Source: Octopus bimaculoides
Taxonomy: Eukaryota
NCBI RefSeq assembly: GCF_001194135.2
Contig: NC_068984.1
Location: 104,200,471-104,264,470, forward strand
Length of the DNA: 64,000 nucleotides
Direction of reading: 5' to 3'
Shown one piece after another: positions 39,786 through 51,600 of this stretch. Made by a program: the position numbers and the translations under genes. The first letter of the stretch is position 1; every line of letters starts with the position of its first letter. The notes under the pieces are model-generated. The model was not told the origin of the DNA. It saw only the letters and a list, made by a program, of their open reading frames with translations, and searched no databases.

Positions 39786-42088
39786 AAAATTTTATTTTGT
39801 GCTTGGAAATTTCACCCAAGGAATTTTACTCTATTCATTTTAATATTTTTCTTTAATCTAGCTCTATTTAGAAGTTTTGCTTGAAGACAAATCAAACTGG
39901 CTGATAAAAACTAGAGAATGGCGGCAAAAATATGATGATTTAAAGAATAATGTAAGTTTTCAATGTTCTACACTCTCCTAATGGACAAAAATCTACAGAT
40001 TTACACTTGTCACTTATTTTATTTGAATTCTGTAATTCTCTGCTTATCTTTTTTAAGTCTATATTCATAACATATATTCCAATAATTCCCAGTCTTTGTT
40101 TCTCGTTTATCTTTGTTATTCCATGTTCCATACATGCAAACTGTGTTAAAGTTTTCCATTAATAAATGTCCTTCTACAAATATTAACTATACTGAATCAC
40201 TGAAAAATTGTGGGGGTTTTTTTTATGCTTAAAGTATTTACCTTTCACTTCTGTATTAATAAAAAAGTACCAATCTAGTGGAGTGGATTGGTAGAACTAT
40301 AAGAATATCAGACTGGCTGCCCTGTGGTATTTTTTCCAGTTCTTTGATTTCTAAGTTTAAATCCTACCAAGGTCTAACTGGGTGAGAGATTTAATCCATC
40401 ATCTGGTTAATGCCACCACCAGACATGTTGAGTGGAATTAGCAGAGTTCTCTCTGTTGCAAGTTGTTGGATTCAACGTTAGGTTTGAGCAGATCTTTGTC
40501 TGTCTTTCCAACTTGTCTCAGAGACCTGTAAAGGGTCATGCATGAGCCCTGCCTTCCCTCGGCTAAAAGATTAAAAAAAAATTCAGTGTATGCAATTGAA
40601 ACAGCATTAAATTAAAATAACCGTGTACTGTAGTTAATGTATTATTACTGGCACTCCGTCGCTTACGACGTCGAGGGTTCCAGTTGATCCGATCAACGGA
40701 ACAGCCTGCTCATGAAATTAACGTGCAAGTGGCTGAGCACTCCACAGACACGTGTACCCTTAACGTAGTTCTCGGGGATATTCAGCGTGACACGGTGTGA
40801 CAAGGCTGGCCCTTTGAATTACAGGTACAACAGAAACAGGAAGTAAGAGTGAGAGAAAGTTGTGGTGGAAGAGTACAGCAGGGTTCGCCACCATCCCCTG
40901 CCGGAGCCTCATGGAGCTTTAAGTGTTTTCGCTCAATAAACAATCGCAACGTTCAGTCTGGGAATCGAAACTGCGATCCTATGACAGCGAGTCTGCTGCC
41001 CTAACCACTGGGCCATTGCGCCTCCACAGTTAATGTATACATGCCAGTGAAAAGCAAGATGTCTTGCGAAGTCATATTGTGTTGGTCTTATTTATATATA
41101 ATGGGGTGTATGTATTATATTTCATCTTTATATAGATTAGTTGAACCAAAATATATGTAGATTACATTTGACATTTCAGTTGAAATTTAAGTTTACTTAC
41201 CTGTTGAAATTGTGTAAAACTGGTTCTGAAGTTGAGATACCCTAAAAACCTTGTGACTGTCATGTACTAGTGAATGAGATATAAACTCGGTATATTTCAA
41301 GTAGGCATATCTATATAGTCACTTTAATTTTTCTCTGAACCACCAATATAGAATGCAGGTGTATACCATAAACTCACATGGCCTGATATTAATGTTTGCA
41401 CAGAATGAAGAAGACTCTGAAGCTAACAAGAGAACTACTCTTACACTAATGTCATAACAAACATACTTAACTGGTTCTTTGTTGGTGATGAATTGATTTA
41501 CTTGAAACTTGGCGAAATACAGTCTTGGATCAAAATACATTGGAGGATGCTGCATTGTAGTCTTAACTAATTAGTGATGATTTAGAGAATTGCATGTAAA
41601 ATTAGTTTGATAATCACTAAATGCTAATGTTTTCCTGATTTTGTTTTAATCTAAGGTATAATGTAAAGAAAACATTAATTTTTTCTTTCTTGAAGCTCAT
41701 AATAAATCCACGCAAAGCTGTTGACTCTGCCCATGACCTGTCTTTGAACAATCCGCTGTCTCAGGCTGAAGAAGTAAGTTTCTTGTATTGTAAGCATCAA
41801 AATGTATGTATTGTATATCACATAAACATTCATATAAGACTAAAAATTAATGTGCTTTGGTATTTGTAGCTACTGAAAGTTAATAATCTTTGTTTTATCT
41901 TTCTTTTCAGTTTTAATTTTTGTACTCACAGGCATGGCTGTGTGGTTGAGAAGTTTGCTTTTCAACCACTGGGTTTTGGGTTCAACCCCATTGTGTGGCA
42001 CCTTTGGCAAGTGTCACCTATTGTAGCTCCAGGCTAACCAAAGCCTTGTGAGTGGATTTGGTAGATAGAAACTGAAAGAAGCCCACTG

Positions 42089-42122
<34 letters not shown>

Positions 42123-43179
42123 GTTGTCTCTTTGTCTTGACATTGCCTGGTAGTTGTAAATGAGTGTCATCATCATATAAACGGTGTCTTTCATTTCCAA
42201 TTTTCAAAAACCTGTCCAGCCAGAGAAAAAATATTACCTTACTCGGGAACAAGTGAGGGATGGTGACAGGAAGAATACCTGGATATAGACAACTTACCTC
42301 AATGAATTTCACCTGATCCATACAAACATTTAAAAATGGACATTAAAACAGTGATGCTATTGATGACTGAGATGCGAACATTGTTTTACTGGACTTCTAA
42401 ATTAAAGATATTAAAAAAAATATCAATGTTGTTAATCACAGATGCATAATGTATATAAAGATATAATGACAGTAAAGCCAACATTGAAATCCTAATGTGC
42501 TATACTGTTTCTCTTCTCCAATTTGTGTGACAAATGAAGTAGGTTCCAAATCTTACTTAACAGTGGAAAGCATATAAATGCAGTATTCCTACAAAAATGA
42601 AATTAAAAAAATAATAACTTCCATGTTTTCCATCTCCAATCTTTTGTTAATTTGAATTCAGCCATTTAGTATAGCAGACATTATGATCTATGGGGTAGTA
42701 ATTGTATGTACATCATGAAATTTATTTATATACATCATTGCTGAATGGCTGCTTAACCTTTATAGAATATAGTTATTTTTACTATGACACCGCTAATGTA
42801 ATATTAGGACAGTGTAATATGCTTATTAAAAACTTGATATTATAATATCACTGTAAAAGGTTTATCCAAAAGAAAGTCATATTTGCATGAGGTCATTTAT
42901 TTCCAGCAAAGACCAGATTGTCTTTATCAACATGGTAGCTATCTTAAATAGTAGTCAATTGATATAGCAAACAAGTAAATTGAGAGAAGCTTGCTACCAA
43001 TTTAACTTATGTAAGTGTTCTTATCAGACACTTGAACTTTGTTAATTGCATCACTGTTTATCTAAAGTCAAGTATATGTTTACAAAGATTTAATCTACAT
43101 CCTGGATGCACCTACTTTCAGTCTCTTATACTGCTATTCTAATGGTTTTTGTTCTTCTGAATTTGTATTGTGTATCTTC

Positions 43180-43223
<44 letters not shown>

Positions 43224-45596
43224 CCACTTTTACGCTTGTCACTGTCATTTTTACTATTGTTTCTATCAGCACCATTTCAAATGTTATTCTATCTTTTCCA
43301 AGATGCTAGTGAGCAATAGTGGTACACTATTTTAGATATAATAGCAATATACTCTAGTGGGTAGCATTTAAAGAGGTGAAGTAACTGTTTAGGGATAACG
43401 TATAGGAGCAACAAAAATCTAAGAAAATCGAATTTTGTTTTGTATTTTGTGACTGTGACAATGAATATAATGACAAATGTTTTATGGAATGCAATGTATT
43501 GAAAATGAGGTAAATATAGTATTAAGATGAGCTGAGGGTGCATAATTTAAGGTAAATAAGCATGATAATTGGTTAACATGGAAAATGTTTTGAGGAATAT
43601 TCCACTTTCTTTAAAGAAAGCAAAAACAATATTCTACTCCCAGAAAAATTAGAGTTTTGAATTTAATTTGTTTGTATTTATAAAAGACCTGAATATTTTG
43701 AAATCAGTGTTCAGTTTTAATATTAGATGAAATAAAGAAAACGATTTATCAATTTTTATTTGAAAAATATGGCATTACTTAATCATTTCTGACCTTTCAC
43801 TATTTTAGAGTCCCTGGAATCGGTTTTTTCAAGACAATGAATTGCGGCTTACCATCAAGCAAGATGTTATCCGAACGTAAGATATTTAACATTCTATTAA
43901 GAGAGATAATTTCGATTTTGGTTGCTTTACGGTGTAAATAAACTGATTTTTTTTTTTTTGTGTGCTCCTGTTAAGGATTGTTCAGCTACAGTGGATGCTT
44001 AATATTAATGTACAGGCAGTATTGTTAGAACATTGGATAGAACTTGTTGGTTCAGACCCTGCTGAGGTTAGCCTTGCCTTTTGTCAGGGTTATCATCCCT
44101 CTGCTTAGAATCATTGCTCACTCTCCCTTCTGTTCTTCCTCATTTATAGGGACCACTTTAGGGTCTTATTATGAAGCAATGATCTTAAGAACTGGTGCCA
44201 TGAAATTATGAAGCAATGATCTTAAGAGCTGGTGCCATGAAAAAGCACCCAGTGTCCTCTGTAAAGTAGTTGGAGTTAGAAAGCTGTAGAAACCATGCCA
44301 AAATAGACGTTGGAACATGAGGTAGTCCTTCAGCTTATCAGACTCTGTCAAACTATCCTATCCATGCTAGCATGGAAGATGGATATTAAATAATAATGAG
44401 GATGATGCTAGTGTGAGATGGAATGCCTCATGTTATTTGTTCTAGTTCATATCCTGATGGTAATACTAGTGATAACATTGGAGCCAAACTGGGTTGGTCC
44501 TTGCCTTTGTCTGGATAGCTGTTTGTCTGCCATACAACTTTGCCCAATCATGCACCATGAAGAGAGGCTGTCTAGATCCATTTCCCAGAATGAAATACTC
44601 AAAACACTGAAATTATTGTTGGGATTTTAACAGGAAATAAGAATGTGTGTGTTTGTGTGTGATGGAGAGATAAGATATTTATGTCTACCAAAATAATTAA
44701 TAAGAATAAAGTTAAACAATTTGGTAATGTGCTGCATATATTAAAAAAAAGAAAAAGTTTCATATTTTCTAAGCCGTAATGTTTTGTTGGGGTCTGCATT
44801 GTATGCAAAAAGGCAATTTGATGTTATAATGTGGGTGTTTGATGTATGGGAGCCTGCAGTTTCGTTATTCTCAGCTTAATGGGGCTGTGCAAGTGAGAGC
44901 CATATGGAGAGATTTTGGACTGACACTGTCTAATAGAAGTTGTAAGCCAGATTTTGTAAAGCTGATGTGCTGCGTATAGGCACACAGCTGGTTTGCAAAT
45001 AGAGAAAGTAGCAAGAACTAAATCCATATCAGGCTTACTAGAGAAACTGCTTGGAGAGATCTGATCTTCTCACAAAACAATGGCACCAAAATTAAGGTTA
45101 TAAGGCCTTGTTATAGTCATGGTTGCAGTTCCTGGACAAGGAGTGTTTTGACAAGTATTTGGTAAGGTGTTTGTTGTCCAGTGACCATGAACAACACAAT
45201 GTTTGTTGCTTTAGTCAATGTCCTATTTGAAGAGAAGGCGAATACAACTGTAGCATTTGGTTTACCCTATGCTTACTAATTTGTGCTTACTAATAGAAGT
45301 ATTTCATCAAAGTGAGGATTCTGTATCTGGATAGCCAAACGTTTCTGGAAACAAAAACTCTGCACCACTGTCTTATACAGCAAGACATGTAAAAATGAAT
45401 CTATGCACACTTAGCAGTTCAGTAATTTTTATCTTTTCATTGTGTTGATAAAACTGAAAAGCTGATATTCCTTGAAACATTGTCACTTATTTAAAATATT
45501 TTCTAAGCTGGTTGCTGCTGGCTAATTGATGTAGTTTTAACATACAAGTAAAGTAGTTTTGCTTTTAGCCCACTATCAGTATAGATTCAGCCTTAG

Positions 45597-45641
<45 letters not shown>

Positions 45642-48600
45642 NNNNNNNNNNNNNNNNNNNNNNNNNNNNNNNNNNNNNNNNNNNNNNNNNNNNNNNNNNN
45701 NNNNNNNNNNNNNNNNNNNNNNNNNNNNNNNNNNNNNNNNNNNNNNNNNNNNNNNNNNNNNNNNNNNNNNNNNNNNNNNNNNNNNNNNNNNNNNNNNNNN
45801 NNNNNNNNNNNNNNNNNNNNNNNNNNNNNNNNNNNNNNNNNNNNNNNNNNNNNNNNNNNNNNNNNNNNNNNNNNNNNNNNNNNNNNNNNNNNNNNNNNNN
45901 NNNNNNNNNNNNNNNNNNNNNNNNNNNNNNNNNNNNNNNNNNNNNNNNNNNNNNNNNNNNNNNNNNNNNNNNNNNNNNNNNNNNNNNNNNNNNNNNNNNN
46001 NNNNNNNNNNNNNNNNNNNNNNNAACTTTTCTACTGTGTCTTTAAAATCTATCTGATCTCAAAGGAAAGATCTTACTCATTTCATACTCATTATTTTAGT
46101 AAAATTATTTTCACTTTTAATTAGATCTATTATCATCATCAATTATTAATAATTTTTTAACCTTTCAAGAAAGAAAATATTTGTTTGTCTCAAAGACTAT
46201 TAATGAAGAAAAACTTGTCTTTTAATTCTGTACAGTTCAGTACTCCTTCCTTTATTCCTTATTGAATCAAAGAAGATTGTCTGTATATAGTGCACTTCTG
46301 CTATTAATGAAAATGAATATTTTGGCTCATTCATGTGATGATCGGTAGTTTTTGAATTCCAAACAAAGCAGGTAGTGAACATAAAATAAATACTTTTCGA
46401 ATTTCTTTGAACTGTTAAAATGATAGATTAAGAAATATCTGAGAGAAAGTTAAATTTTATCTATTTATTTGATGATTATCAAGTAATTTTCGAAGAATGA
46501 AGTTAGGCACAAGGTAAGTTTTGTTTTTGTTCTCAAATAATTCAGTATAATCTTTTTAATTTTATATTCTGGAACATGCTTATTATACTTATATTATATT
46601 CTGGAACATGCTTATTGATTTAAGCTTAAAGCTTATATTGTCAATAAAGACATCCATTTCATCATTTTATAGTGTGCTTTAAATGCTTTGTTTTGTATTT
46701 TTTTTTTTTGTTTTTAAAGTTTTGATTTTTAATTCCATTGTATATTTTAACTGAATTCTAAGAAAAGCTTTTTCATTATTGAGCAATAATGTACAGTAAT
46801 GAAATTATATATTGAAGAACATCTCTGATAATACTTTTTGTTTATCGACTATTTTTCTTCATAGTGTAACTTAATCATACTGATCTTCTATAATGTTCAT
46901 TCGTTACTTTTAGGGAAGTTTGTTAAACTGTCCTCTTTGAAGTCAGACTAATTTTAATAATTCTAGAGCAGTTTTCTTTTGGTTTTAGATTAGCAAATTG
47001 TCTTTATATTTTTATTATTTTTTTGTTTTAGTTACCATTTTGGTTTTTACAACTTTTGGTCAGACTCAGTACTAGCTCCCCAAACTCGTAAACATTTATA
47101 TCTTCACTCATTTGTCACCATTCTCATAGTTTCATACAATTGTGATTTTTGATGCATACCAATATTTCTTGGTGCATCTAACCTAATAATATACATTCAA
47201 CAGTGAAGAAAAAATCTTCATGCAAATTATTTCCTTGAATCGCTTTTACATTTTTCCTTTTAAATGTGCTGTGTTTTTATTGAAAATTATGGTTGTTGGA
47301 TGGTTTTGATCTTGTCTACTTCAAATGTTTGTTTTCAAGATAGACCAATTTTTAGAGTTAGTCCGTGTCATTATTTCCTTAGGATAGTCAGTTATATAAC
47401 TTTGATACATCAATTCCTGCACTTGGATTGTTAGCTTCAAAATTTGATTTAGCTTTTAATTATTACAACTTAATTTTCAAACTACATTTATTTGTGTAAG
47501 ACATGCTCCATAATTTGAGTCTCTTAAATTCGAGAGAACATTAAATTCAATTAGTGTGTAACAAGTGTATGTTACCTTCATTTCAAGTGTGACGTAGTAT
47601 ATTTTATTTTAGATGTATGAAGTGGGGGAAATAAAACCAAAAGTAACTCAAAATGCTACACTTAATTTTAGATCATTTGTCAGGACAAAGGCTCTGTAAA
47701 TTGAAAATATGTAAGTTGAGAATATTTCAATTGAGAGAAATTTATACACCTAAAATATAAAGGTATTATGAAGAAAATTTAATAGTTTATACTCTGGAGT
47801 CTACAGGCTACTATTTAAAAAGAAACAGTTTTTAATACTTTCTCACTACTCATACTAAATTCTGATTTGTAATAGGAATGATGTTCTATTTTACTTGCAT
47901 AAAATATTTTGAACAACATTGTTGAGTAAGTGATATATGCATTCTTTAATGTGAAATGCAACCTATTATGAAATTTTAGTGACTTGCTCTTTTGAGTTAT
48001 AAAATTATTTAGAAGTTCTTCTTGCTAAGTTGAGAGGGGAACTTCCAAACTTAGGGACACAAAATAATAGCTGCTGTAGTAGTTGTAGTAGTGGGAATGA
48101 TGATGTTTGCACTCATGGGTCATGTAGCCAAGTAATCTAATAAACACCTCAACCACTGTGCATCTCAATATATCCAAAACACTCTGCATACGTTTAACCA
48201 ACTCTTCCTTGAGTTTTGAAGGAAAACAAATCTAATTTGGTAGACCTTTGATTAAAAAAAAAAAAAAAATTTTATGGTTTCTTTTGAAATGAAAGAAATT
48301 TTGTTTTCGAGCAGTGATATATATATATTTCAGTTTTATCAACCATCTTGTTGAGTGAGGATTTAAAAATATGAATCCTTTCTATGGTGCTCTAGCCTCT
48401 TCATTACATCATTGACTTATGTCATTTTTTTTGCTTCTGTTCCAGTTATCCTCGAATAGAATTTTTTCAGTCTAATCAAGTGCGAAACATGATGGTTGAT
48501 ATTCTGTTTATTTATGCCAAGCTGAACGTTGACTTGTCCTATAGACAGGTTACTATTTCTTCATTTTTATTTCTCTTCTCTTCTCAAAGCTAAGTCTGCC

Positions 48601-51600
48601 ATTCTTGTGTCTATTGCCATTGTAGCTAGCTGCACATTGTACAGCAGCATGTCTCCTATCAATGTTTAGTTTTTTGCATGCATATGTCCCTATCACTTTT
48701 CAGCATGGGGTGGTTATACATCGAGGGAATTTACTTCAGATTTACTCTCAAATATCTTGAACATTGTCTAATATTTAACATTTCACTTAGAGTATAAATA
48801 TTTAGAAAAAGGTATATCTTAAAAGTGATAAAATTTGATAAACCTACTTCAAATTAAAAGTGAAAGTTTGATTGCAAAGTTTGAATAAACTTTGTGTAAA
48901 GATTATATATTATTATTAGATATATCAGTAATAAATTACTGTTACATTTTATAGTTAACTAGTTTTGTTAAATATTAAACTAAAATTGTTGGGATTGTAT
49001 CTTTGCAAACTGTGTAGTCATTTACCTTAAATTCTTATTAATGACAGTTAAATATATTAATTCATTTATAATAATAATAATTTTTGTTATTGTAGTTTAA
49101 GTTGTAGAATGTAAATCATGATTTGTGACTAATGTTGACAAATAAATCTTTGTTTAGAGTTTTAGTCTATATTTTCTGCTTTTCCAATTTTAAGAAATTA
49201 TTGTATGATATATAGTTAATAACTTATACAGAGTATATAGTTAATAACTTATACAGAGTAATCCCCTCTGAATTTGTTTCAAGGTATTTCATATATTTCC
49301 ATGAAAATCTTATTTCCTCATTATAATTTGCTACTCAAAATATAATTTAGCTCTAAGGTTTTGTTGTTAAACCTTTACAAGAACATGCTGTCAACTTCTT
49401 TCACTATTTTGGATAATGCTATCTGTTAATTATTAACACCCAGAGAAAAATCCTGATTAGCAACTTTTCCCTTTATAATTACTAGTCATGTTTGAGCCAT
49501 TTTATATGGTATTTAATATTAAAAGTAGTCATTTCCACATAAACATTATTTTTTTGAAACTTATTTTCTGCTCAATTACTGACCCAAACTACTTCCAATT
49601 AATGTAACTGATGAGGTTCTATGCATGTCATAGTTAATTCATTAAAAGTCTGCATTTCTGTAATAACTATGCATAAAGTTTTCTTTTTGTTTGCATATCT
49701 AAATATTTAAAAAGCTTTTATGTAAAACAAAATTATCTTCAACTCCTACTGAATATAAGTTGAAAAATAGACTTAGGATTATTTACTTGAAATAACCTCT
49801 AAAAGTTGTGGCTTTTCTTATGAAAGCATAGTCATTTTAAAAACATTTAAGAGAGCCTTGTTGTAATGTTAATATTATAACCACAAATTACATAATTAAT
49901 TTTTAATATACTGGAAGATTGTGTGGGTAAGTGATTTCTGTTATAGCCTCAGGGTCAGTAAAAACTTGCAAATGAAACTGGGTAGATGGAAACTATAAAG
50001 AAATTTGTCAGATATGTGTTTGTGGGTGTGGGTTGAATAAAATCAGTGTGTCCAAGTAAAAAAAAGTCAAAATATAACCTTGCATCTCCTTATATCCAGT
50101 AAACCCTTTCTTCGTTATGAGATAAGTATGAAGTTCACTATAAATGACTAAAAACCCTTGAAGCTGCTGCCTTAGCATGTACTTAACTGAAAACAACAAA
50201 AGAATAAAAGAACATACTAAGATTTTGCTTCTTTCCTACCAACATAAGCTATGGACGTTTTATATACTGTTTGGATTTTAGTCCATTGTTTGTTTTTATA
50301 TGCCATGCATATTTTGTATTGACTGCCCATCAGCATCTTCATTGTTATCAACTATTGATGAGGATCTTTCCAAATCATTCTTGTTCTTCTCTGGAAAATC
50401 CTTAGGTTTGTAGAAAAAAAATCCTGTGTTTTTTACGTGCCACCTACACAGGAATCAGTCCAGCGGCACTGGCAACAACCTCACTCAAATGCTTTTTCAC
50501 ATGCCACCGGCACAAGTGCCAATAAGGCAACACTGGTAATGAACATGGTCGAATGGTGCTTTTTATGTGCCACCGGCATAGAAGCAAGTCAGCTGCTCTG
50601 GCAGTGATCATGGTGCTCTTAACGTTCCACTGGCACGGATGCCAGTCATTGAATTTGCGAATTTGATTTGATGTCGATTTCACTTGCCTCAACAGGTCTT
50701 TGCAAGCAGAGTTTAGTGTCCAATGAAGGAAAGGTATGCATAAGTGGGCTGGTTACACCCCTGGCATAGGCCATGTGTTATGGTCTCATTTGGCTTGCAC
50801 TCTTCTCATGCACAGCATATTTCCAAAGGTCTCGGTCACTAATCATTGTCTCGGTGAGGCCTAATGTTCAAAGGTCATGCTTCACCACCTCATTCCAGGT
50901 CTTCCTCTTCCACAGGTTCCCTCAACTGCTAGAGTGTGGCACTTTTTACACAGCTATCCTCATCCATTCTCGCCACATGACCATACCAGCGCAGTCGTCT
51001 CTCTTGCACACCACATCTGATGCTTCTTAGGTCCAACTTTTCTTTCAAGGTACTTACACTCTATCGAGTATGCACACTGACATTACACATCCATTGAAGC
51101 ATACTGGCTTCATTCCTTGTGAGCTTATGCATGTCCTCAGCAATCACAGCCCATGTTTCACTGCCATGTAGCATGGCTGTTCGTACACATGTGTCACTGC
51201 CATGTAGCATGGCTGTTCGTACACGTGTCACACAGTCTGCCTTTTACTCTGAGCGAGAGGCCCTGTAACCAATATTTGCAGACTAAAGTAATTCTTATGA
51301 AATATTTTCATATTAGATTATAATAAAAAAGACCATTTTATGGTTTATTTTTCTGTTGAGAGAAAAATAGATTTCATTGTTTAATATTTATTATGTAATC
51401 TCTGCTGAGGTTTACTTTGCCTTTCATCTTTTCAGGGTTAATGAATACTAGTTAATCGACTTACCTCCCCACAAACTTGCTGGTTTCTTGCCAGAATTTG
51501 AAACCAATATTTATTATGTAATTTGATGTGATAAAGAATTGAAAATAGCAATTGCTGATCAAATGAGATTCTGGTTTGTTCTGCACAAATTCTGCTTTAA

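Noticed and set aside
40955-41027. tRNA-like sequences here and at about 16255-16322
   Set aside because: They continue into SINE bodies with TSDs and lack a complete cloverleaf. These are SINE heads, not tRNA genes.
46484-46513. Possible 30-nt in-frame exon ending at a perfect AAG|gtaagt donor in intron 6
   Set aside because: No convincing pyrimidine tract, and it would insert 10 residues directly after the catalytic arginine finger. Likely a cryptic site.
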